This document shows positions 57,477 through 64,000 of a stretch of 64,000 nt of DNA, piece by piece. The notes beneath the pieces are model-generated. The model was given only the letters and a program-made list of their open reading frames with translations, was not told the origin of the DNA and searched no databases. Made by a program: the position numbers and the translations under genes. Numbering within the stretch: position 1 is the stretch's first letter; every line of letters starts with the position of its first letter. The stretch is from positions 352,001 through 416,000 of the forward strand of contig JBEPYO010000001.1 in the NCBI GenBank assembly GCA_041641295.1, read 5' to 3'. Origin of the DNA: Nitrososphaerota archaeon (lineage in GTDB: Archaea > Thermoproteota > Nitrososphaeria_A > Caldarchaeales > Calditenuaceae).

Positions 57477-59026
57477 GATTCGATGTCTCTGAGCCAGTTC
57501 CTCGAGCGGGCCACCGCCGCCCTCCAAGCCCTCAGCCCACTCAGCCTCCGCTCATCCGACCAGCGTGGACGGAATATGGCTGATGCACGCCACATCCCCC
57601 TCAGCTCGTCTAAATCACGCCAAACACCGGCGGCGAGCCCCGCTGCATAGGCAGCCCCAAGCGAGGTTGTCTCTGTAAACTCCGGCCTAACTACCTCGCA
57701 CCCCAAGACGTCCGCCTGTAATTGCATCAACATGTCGTTCATTGACGCACCTCCATCGACGCGAAGCGTAGACAACTCCACCCCAGTATCCCTGCTGATC
57801 GCCTCTACGACGTCATAGGTCTGCCAGCAGATGCTCTCGAGGGCGGCATAGACTATGTGCTCCTTCCGCGTATATGCCGAGAGACCGATTAAGAGGCCGC
57901 GGGCTGATGGGTCCCAGTAGGGTGCGAAGAGGCCGCTGAATGCCGGAACGAAATACACGCCTGCGGAGCCCTCTTCACCAGCCCTAGCGGCGATCTCACC
58001 ACTCTCCCGCGGCGAGCCTATGAGCCCAATATTCTCCGCCAGCCACTTGAGGAGAGAGCCGGCGATAGCTATCGACCCCTCCATGGCGTAGACCGCCCTG
58101 CCGCGCTCCATGCTATAGGCCACGGTTGTGAGGAGCCCATGCCTTGAAAGAACTGGCCTCTCACCTATGTTCTGTAGGAGGAAGCAGCCTGTCCCATACG
58201 TGTTTTTAGCGTCACCCGGGGAGTAGCATGTCTGGCCGAATAGTGCTGCCTGCTGGTCGCCGAGGTCTCCACACACTGGGACACTATCATCAACCAGCCC
58301 CCACAGATCCGTATAGCCGTAATAGTCTCTGTATATGCTTGGTAGGGGTTGGGGCATTATCTCGGCCGGTATCCCGAAGAGCTCCAGTAGCTCTTCAGAC
58401 CATTCCAGCTTTTCGATGTCAAATAGCATGGTTCGAGAGGCGTTGGAGTAGTCGGTGACATGGGCCCCGCCGCTATTTTCTCTGACATCCTTAGTGAGAT
58501 TCCAGATTAGCCAAGTATCTATCGTACCGAAGGCTAGCTCGCCTCTCCTAGCTAGCTCCTCGGCCCCTGGAACGTTCTTGAGTATCCACTCTATCTTCGT
58601 GGCTGAGAAGTAGGTTGATGCATAGAGGCCCGTGAGCCTGTGGATAGGGTCATTCTCCAGCCCCTCTGCCCTGAGTTGGTCGCACTGCTCCCTCGTCCTA
58701 GTGTCCTGCCACACGATGGCGTTATAGACCGGAATCCCCGTCCTTCTATTCCAAATCACCGTCGTCTCACGCTGGTTCGTCACGCCTACGGCAGCGACAC
58801 GCCCCTCCCGAGAGGGCAGACCTCTAAGCGCCTCCCCCACCACGTATTTCGCCGCATCAAGTATCTCTAAGGGGTCATGCTCAACCCAGCCCGGCCTTGG
58901 ATAGATGTTCTTGTGCTCCTTGTATGCCCAAGAGAGTGGCCGCCCCATCTCATCGACGACTAGACACCTTGTACCGGTCGTCCCCTGATCTATGGAGACA
59001 ATGTATCTCAAATCCAAACCCCCCAT
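57473..59026 (-). CDS. glpK: Glycerol kinase
   Basis: DQGTTGTR, TNQRETT, WQDTR, YFSATK, GDQQAALFG, KNTYGTG, LRVDGG. Confidence 0.96.
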   Translation of the reverse strand: MGGLDLRYIVSIDQGTTGTRCLVVDEMGRPLSWAYKEHKNIYPRPGWVEHDPLEILDAAKYVVGEALRGLPSREGRVAAVGVTNQRETTVIWNRRTGIPVYNAIVWQDTRTREQCDQLRAEGLENDPIHRLTGLYASTYFSATKIEWILKNVPGAEELARRGELAFGTIDTWLIWNLTKDVRENSGGAHVTDYSNASRTMLFDIEKLEWSEELLELFGIPAEIMPQPLPSIYRDYYGYTDLWGLVDDSVPVCGDLGDQQAALFGQTCYSPGDAKNTYGTGCFLLQNIGERPVLSRHGLLTTVAYSMERGRAVYAMEGSIAIAGSLLKWLAENIGLIGSPRESGEIAARAGEEGSAGVYFVPAFSGLFAPYWDPSARGLLIGLSAYTRKEHIVYAALESICWQTYDVVEAISRDTGVELSTLRVDGGASMNDMLMQLQADVLGCEVVRPEFTETTSLGAAYAAGLAAGVWRDLDELRGMWRASAIFRPRWSDERRLSGLRAWRAAVARSRNWLRDIES

Positions 59027-59166
59027 GTGAGGAGTGCAGTAATATGCTTTACCCATAACACGCCTTCGCTCCCCCAAGAGTAAATATCCGTAGAAGGTCT
59101 GCCAAAATGCCTTAATCACGGCTGGGATGTGAGTGAACGATTTTTATCCACGTCTCAAATTAATGG

Positions 59167-59745
59167 GTGGGCTTGAAGTTTAGATGCAAGTACTGCGGTA
59201 GAGAGTTCGCCACAGAGGTAGCTCTTAAGAGGCATACCAAGGACCTCCACAAATCGCGCTATTATGCGCCGAGGATAGTCTTAACACTGGCTATCGCCCT
59301 ATTGCTGGTGGCCGCTGGAGCCTTTCTCCTCACGAGGCAGGGGCTTGGCTCCCCCATCTCAGGGGTTGAGTGCCAGAGCAGTGAACAGGTGTCCTACCAC
59401 GTCCACACACTGCTGGAGATATATGTGAGGGGGGAGAAGGTTAAGATCCCCGCCAGTATCGGGATTATTCCGGGCCACTGCATGTACTGGCTCCACACCC
59501 ACGATGAGACAGGGCTAATACATATCGAGGCTCCCCGTCAGATGCGGTTCACGCTCGGTCAATTCTTCGACGTATGGGGGCAGCGGCTGTCAAGCAATAA
59601 TGTACTTGGAATAGACCTATCGTCCTCCAATCTCGAGTCAAGAGTATATGTTGATGGTGTGAGATATTCGGGAGACCCGCGGGAGATCGAGTTGGTAGAC
59701 AATAGGACTGTAGTACTGGACATCGGCCCACCATTCGCGAAGTAG
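59167..59745 (+). CDS. C2H2 zinc finger + TM + His-motif extracytoplasmic domain protein
   Basis: CKYC-x12-H-x4-H, TM helix, YHVH..WLHTHD..IHIE..FTLGQFFDVWG. Confidence 0.75.
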   Translation: MGLKFRCKYCGREFATEVALKRHTKDLHKSRYYAPRIVLTLAIALLLVAAGAFLLTRQGLGSPISGVECQSSEQVSYHVHTLLEIYVRGEKVKIPASIGIIPGHCMYWLHTHDETGLIHIEAPRQMRFTLGQFFDVWGQRLSSNNVLGIDLSSSNLESRVYVDGVRYSGDPREIELVDNRTVVLDIGPPFAK

Positions 59746-59808
59746 ATCTGAGTGGATGCTCCTATGCATCCGTGGCCACAGGGAGGGTGGCATCGTTAAA
59801 GAGGTAGT

Positions 59809-60345
59809 TTGTGGAGCATGTTGACGATGCTGAACCTGCTGGTGGCTGTAATCTATGTGCTCCCCGCATATATCGCTAATGGGACACCGGTGGTGGTCCT
59901 TCGATTCGCTAGGCGCGGCCACCCCCTCGATATGGGGATGGTAATGCGGGATGGTAGGAGGCTATTGGGCGACGGCAAGACGGTAGAGGGGCTGATCTCG
60001 GGCGTGTCTGCAGGCCTAGCGGCGGCTGTTCTTCTCCACACCCTTTTGCCCGGAGTTTACAGGAGCTTCCTCGAAGGTGGGCTCATGCCAATTGGCGCTA
60101 TGGCAGGCGACATACTTGGGTCCTTCCTAAAGAGGAGGCTTGGGGTGGAGCGGGGAGGGAGCGCACCTGTCCTAGACCAGCTCGGCTTTCTGCTGCTGGC
60201 ATTACTACTCGCGTGGCTACCCTACGGGCCACCCGTCTGGGCAGACCCACTAACAATCATCCTACTACTCATAGTCACCGCCATACTCCACATCTCGACC
60301 AACGCCCTAGCCTATCTTGTTGGACTTAAAGAGAAATGGTACTGA
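59809..60345 (+). CDS. carS: CDP-archaeol synthase (DUF46)
   Basis: PAYIANG, DGRRLLGDGKT, GDILGSFLKRR, LDQL. Confidence 0.92.
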   Translation: MWSMLTMLNLLVAVIYVLPAYIANGTPVVVLRFARRGHPLDMGMVMRDGRRLLGDGKTVEGLISGVSAGLAAAVLLHTLLPGVYRSFLEGGLMPIGAMAGDILGSFLKRRLGVERGGSAPVLDQLGFLLLALLLAWLPYGPPVWADPLTIILLLIVTAILHISTNALAYLVGLKEKWY

Positions 60346-60391
60346 GAGTCATAACCAGTATATAGAACCAGGCGCCCAGATACTAGATTAG

Positions 60392-60757
60392 ATGAGAAGA
60401 TATAGAGTCAAGGTGAGGGCGATATGTGGACCTACTGAGTCAGAGTCGAAAGTGAAGAAGGCGATACTAAACATACTCTCGCTGGAGCGTGAGCCACAAT
60501 TCCAAGTACACCGGCTAACAGGGATATTCGGTGAGCCGCTCACCATCCTAGAGACAGGCGTCTCAGAGGATGAGGCTGAACGCGCCGCACGCCACCTCAT
60601 AGAAAGCCTCTCAAGGGACTATATCTCGGAGAGGGTTGAGAGCAGCGGATCTGTGGAGACAATCCACCTCAGGTTGAACAAGCAGCTAGCATATCTCGGA
60701 ATAATCCAGCCCTCCGAGGCTGACGCCATCAAGGTAGAGATAATCTCGCAGGGTTGA
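60392..60757 (+). CDS. DUF54/RNA-binding protein
   Basis: PTESESKVKKAILN, GIFGEPL, LRLNKQLAYLG. Confidence 0.8.
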   Translation: MRRYRVKVRAICGPTESESKVKKAILNILSLEREPQFQVHRLTGIFGEPLTILETGVSEDEAERAARHLIESLSRDYISERVESSGSVETIHLRLNKQLAYLGIIQPSEADAIKVEIISQG

Positions 60758-60778
60758 GAGAATCGGCGGTGCTGGCTC

Positions 60779-61480
60779 TTGGCTAGGAAGTTCGTGGACG
60801 CTTGGCTTAGGCCGGAAAGCCGCGGGAGTCTAGAAGACATGTTGAAGTCTTGCCACGAGCTCGGTTACTGGGGCGTAGCCCTTGAAGTGGATGACAATTC
60901 TTGGAGCGAGGCCCGGAGGCTGGCAAACGCTTATGGTCTTGAGATTTATCGCCGAATCACGATTGAGGCTGGTTCAAGGGAGGAGCTGTATAGGAGGCTA
61001 AGGGCCGTCCGCTGGAGATACGACCTAGTTGCTGTTAAGACCAGCGACAGGGATGTTTTGATGGCTGCGGTTAGGGATATGAGGGTTGACACGGTCGTCG
61101 TTGGCAATACCAGCTCGCCGCCTATTGACAGGCATATTGTCGAGGTAGCTGGCAACTCTCTGGAGCTGGCTCTCCTCGACCTTCTTGAGGGTGGTTACGA
61201 GGCATTTCGCGCTGCAGCCAGGGTTGTGAGGGTCGCATATAAGAAGGGTCTTAAACTCGTGATCTCGTCAGGAGCTAGAGACGTGTATGGGCTCAGGTCT
61301 CCGAGGCAGCTTGCCTCGATAGCTTGGTCTCTGGGAGCCGCACCCGACTATGCTCTCAACACAGTCTCAACTCGCCCCTCAGAAATTTTGCTGGAGAACC
61401 GTGGACGGCTTGAGGGGCGTATTAGTGTGGAAGGTGTGTGGAGGGTTGCTGAGGGCGAAGAAGAGGTATCTAATGGTTAG
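60779..61480 (+). CDS. rnp3: RNase P protein Rpp30
   Basis: AVRDMRVD, LVISSGA..YGLRSPR. Confidence 0.85.
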   Translation: MARKFVDAWLRPESRGSLEDMLKSCHELGYWGVALEVDDNSWSEARRLANAYGLEIYRRITIEAGSREELYRRLRAVRWRYDLVAVKTSDRDVLMAAVRDMRVDTVVVGNTSSPPIDRHIVEVAGNSLELALLDLLEGGYEAFRAAARVVRVAYKKGLKLVISSGARDVYGLRSPRQLASIAWSLGAAPDYALNTVSTRPSEILLENRGRLEGRISVEGVWRVAEGEEEVSNG

Positions 61481-61754
61481 GATTTCTCCACAAAGCCTCC
61501 AAGTGACGCCCGATGAGCTTAGAGAGGCGGTTGCAGGCGAGCTCAGCAAGCTTGGTGGATGGCTCGCACTTGCTGAGGCGGGCATCTCTGTTAGAAGGAC
61601 TGGTAGGGATGGAGGCAAGTTTATACTTAGATGCAGTTTAAAGTCGATCCCGCTGGTCCTCCTCGCCCTCACAACGGTTCAGAGCCTAAAAGGGGAGCGT
61701 GTAAGGCTGGACGTCACGGGGATTAGCGGAACGATAAAGGGTCTAAGGAGATAG
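61446..61754 (+). CDS. rnp2: RNase P protein Pop5/Rpp14
   Basis: KKRYL, ILRC, GISGTIKGL; TTG start inferred. Confidence 0.85.
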   Translation: MLRAKKRYLMVRISPQSLQVTPDELREAVAGELSKLGGWLALAEAGISVRRTGRDGGKFILRCSLKSIPLVLLALTTVQSLKGERVRLDVTGISGTIKGLRR

Positions 61755-61771
61755 TCTGAGAGCGTCAAGGC

Positions 61772-62671
61772 CTATTCCTGACTCTTACCACACTTCGGAC
61801 AGAATATGGTACCTTCAGGTATTGCTGCGCCGCAGAACTTGCATTGAGGGCTAGAGTAGACCCCAGCCTCACGCTTCTTCTCAATCCTCTTAGCTATCTG
61901 CAGAGAGACCTCCATCATCACGACCAATGGGAGGAAGAGAACCGTGTTACCGACAAGCCAGCCGTCAGGCGTTATAAATGCGATGATTAAATAGAGTATA
62001 CCGTAAAAGTAGACTCTGTTCCTCGAGAGTATGCTTGAGCTGAGTATGCCGAGTCTTACTAGTAGTACGAAGATTGCAGGGGCCGTGAATAAAAGCCCCA
62101 TGGAACCAACCGTAGAGAAGACGAACATGTAGTAGTCCCCGGCCTCTATCAGCCGCAGCTCGGGTGAGATGCCGATAATGTCGGCGAATATTGCCATGAA
62201 CCTGATGATTAGTGGGACGACGATGAAGTAGCTGAAGAGCGCGCCCATCGCGAAGAGGCCGATAAAAGCTGTGAGAAACGGCCATATGAGACGTCTCTCT
62301 TGAGGGTATAGCGCGGGGTTGACGTAGGCGTAAATCTCGTAGCCTATCACCGGGATAACTGTGATAAATGCGACTAGTGCCGCAGCTATGAAGTATATCT
62401 CGAGGGGTGAGACGAGGCGGCCCGGAATTATCCTAAAATATCCACCAGCCAGTGATACCGTGAACTCTAAGACGAAACTGATTGCAGGCTTGTACTCACC
62501 CGTCAAAAGTGTACTGATCCCTGAGAGCGAGAGGTTTGAAGGAAAGGCAAGCCAGAAGATTAGAGCGACCACGTAACTTATCGCGACCATCTTTAGCCTA
62601 TCCCTAAGCTCTAGTAGGTGCTCCGTGAATGTCATCTCGTTCGGGTTCTTCCTCTCCCTCTTCCTCCCCAT
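61772..62671 (-). CDS. tatC: TatC with C-terminal zinc ribbon
   Basis: EHLLELRDRL, YVNPALYPQE, ITPD; C-terminal CKFC..CPKC. Confidence 0.92.
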   Translation of the reverse strand: MGRKRERKNPNEMTFTEHLLELRDRLKMVAISYVVALIFWLAFPSNLSLSGISTLLTGEYKPAISFVLEFTVSLAGGYFRIIPGRLVSPLEIYFIAAALVAFITVIPVIGYEIYAYVNPALYPQERRLIWPFLTAFIGLFAMGALFSYFIVVPLIIRFMAIFADIIGISPELRLIEAGDYYMFVFSTVGSMGLLFTAPAIFVLLVRLGILSSSILSRNRVYFYGILYLIIAFITPDGWLVGNTVLFLPLVVMMEVSLQIAKRIEKKREAGVYSSPQCKFCGAAIPEGTIFCPKCGKSQE

Positions 62672-62735
62672 TCCAATAGCCGAATGCTAGCTGGGACACG
62701 ATGGATATAAATTAGTCGCGGCCTTCGAATATATA

Positions 62736-63209
62736 TTGATGGACGCTGCACGACAGCTCTTCCAATCCAACATAATGGCCGCCTCAGCGGTCATCATAAT
62801 GAACGTTATCGGTAGCTACGTCTCTTCAATAGGCGCTGGGATGGCATGTCCAGACTGGCCTCTCTGCCCACCCCCAGACAGTTTCCACGTGTTGATGGAG
62901 TTTCTCCACCGTGTTTGGGGGCTTGTCGTAATCGCCACCATCACCCTATCAGTCCTGCGGGCTAGACGCGTCAACGCCGTAAGGGAGCTGAGGGTCGCCA
63001 AGATCCTGGTCTACACAAGCCTCGTAGTAGTGATGGTACAAGTAGGCCTAGGGGCGATTGTTATCTTCACAGCCCTGCTCCCCGAGCTGGTGGCTCTACA
63101 CCAGCTACTAGCGCAGACAATCCTATCACTACAGGTGGCTGCGGCTGGGATTAGCTGGGCTGCGACCACCAAGCGTGTTGAGAAGGAGCAGATAACAGCG
63201 AAAGGCTGA
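62736..63209 (+). CDS. ctaA: Half-size heme A synthase (CtaA/Cox15, Aeropyrum type)
   Basis: GAGMACPDWPLC, EFLHR, QVGLG, ALHQ. Confidence 0.85.
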   Translation: MMDAARQLFQSNIMAASAVIIMNVIGSYVSSIGAGMACPDWPLCPPPDSFHVLMEFLHRVWGLVVIATITLSVLRARRVNAVRELRVAKILVYTSLVVVMVQVGLGAIVIFTALLPELVALHQLLAQTILSLQVAAAGISWAATTKRVEKEQITAKG

Positions 63210-63217
63210 AGCCTACA

Positions 63218-63373
63218 CTATTCTTTCTCTTCAGCCTCTTTCTCGCCCTTCTTCATCTCTTTGCGGAGCTCTCCAAGACTCCGGGCAAATTTTAGGATAG
63301 TATCAGGCTTGAAGAAGATTATCAGTAGGAAAATGACGACAATTATCAGGAAGGCCTCGAGCGGTGATATCAT
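63218..63373 (-). CDS. tatA: Short TatA/E protein (51 aa), not in ORF track
   Basis: MISPLEAFLIIVVIFLLIIFFKPDTILKFARSLGELRKEMKKGEKEAEEKE; TM plus amphipathic helix. Confidence 0.8.
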   Translation of the reverse strand: MISPLEAFLIIVVIFLLIIFFKPDTILKFARSLGELRKEMKKGEKEAEEKE

Positions 63374-63375
63374 AT

Positions 63376-63678
63376 CTAGGTGGACGCTAGCCTAGCTTTT
63401 ATCTCTTGGACTAGGGCTTCTCGGCTCTTACCCTCGGTAGAGATTCCCAGAGTCTTAGCCACCTCTAGCAGCTTCTCGTCGGGAAGGGATCCCACCTCAC
63501 TAGACTGTACTGTCTTTCCATGCTCCTCCAAGGATGTCGCCTCTTTACTGGCCTTCTCGAACTCCTTTTTGGCTTGTCCGAAAGCCTTCGCTATCTTAGG
63601 AAGCCTTTCAGGGCCCCAAAGGAATAGGATTAGAAGCACCGCGACGACTATTAACCACTCAAAACCCTGAAATGCCAA
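63376..63678 (-). CDS. tatA: TatA/E protein
   Basis: EWLIV..LFLWGPERLPKIAKAFGQAKKEF; C-terminal LGISTEGKS. Confidence 0.9.
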   Translation of the reverse strand: MAFQGFEWLIVVAVLLILFLWGPERLPKIAKAFGQAKKEFEKASKEATSLEEHGKTVQSSEVGSLPDEKLLEVAKTLGISTEGKSREALVQEIKARLAST

Positions 63679-63727
63679 CCCTACTTCACCCCTAGTCTTC
63701 AAACCCCCTATTTAAGTGTTCGTGAAA

Positions 63728-64000
63728 TTACTCAGTTATCCATGCGTGAGAACCGTCGACGTAGACCTCTTTCTTGAAGAGTGCGGGCTCCTTCTTGTAT
63801 CTCTCGACGGCTTCGCGGAGGGCGTTGAAGACTGAGGCCCTATGCCTTCCGGCGACGGCTACTAGCACTACGGGCTCGCCCGCTTTGAATCTACCATAGA
63901 GGTGCCAGATTCCGACGTATGATACGCCATGTTTCTCTGAGACCTCGCGGCATATCCTGTAGATTTCCAGGTTTGCGTTCTCCTCATATGCCTCGATCTC
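63728..64000 (-). CDS. moaE: Molybdopterin synthase catalytic subunit MoaE (partial)
   Basis: Translates EIEAYEE..IWHLYG..GEPVVLVAVAGRHR..ERYKKEPALFKKE..W-stop. Confidence 0.85.
   Translation of the reverse strand, partial: EIEAYEENANLEIYRICREVSEKHGVSYVGIWHLYGRFKAGEPVVLVAVAGRHRASVFNALREAVERYKKEPALFKKEVYVDGSHAWITE

Noticed and set aside
59753-59796. Two short adjacent hairpins (GGATGC/GCATCC, GCCAC/GTGGC)
   Set aside because: Short stems expected by chance at this GC content; no recognisable RNA family
1-64000. tRNA, rRNA, SRP or RNase P RNA genes, CRISPR arrays, intact transposases or integrases
   Set aside because: No T-loop/cloverleaf, rRNA signature, regularly spaced repeats or transposase motifs found by eye; a split or highly divergent tRNA could have been missed

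Overview
This is a gene-dense archaeal chromosomal window, most consistent with a TACK lineage, probably Aigarchaeota/Caldarchaeales (inferred from crenactin, a histone, a half-size heme A synthase and a full-length archaeal ThrRS occurring together). It is mostly housekeeping genes in heavily shuffled order: fragments of ribosomal operons, EF-1alpha, TBP, aIF2-beta, ThrRS, ArgRS, tRNA/rRNA modification enzymes, RNase P proteins, Tat, NuoJ/K, glycerol catabolism and a glycosylation cluster. No tRNA, rRNA, CRISPR array or intact transposase was seen. Most notable: (1) an intergenic C/D box sRNA (17566-17630, minus) whose two guides match neighbouring 23S rRNA H69/H71 sequences; (2) a histone divergent from a Zn-ribbon/CdvA-like coiled-coil gene and crenactin; (3) a ribophorin-I-like membrane protein beside an AglH-type glycosylation cluster that includes a degenerate UDP-sugar dehydrogenase; (4) two HerA/NurA pairs without Mre11/Rad50; (5) a MoaD/SAMP-like protein whose Gly-Gly is masked by a VIV extension; (6) a GlpA-CoxG pair in which CoxG appears to start at CTG; (7) two small genes missed by the ORF track; (8) an AT-richer Kelch-protein insertion. 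All product calls come from motif recognition by eye, not database searches.
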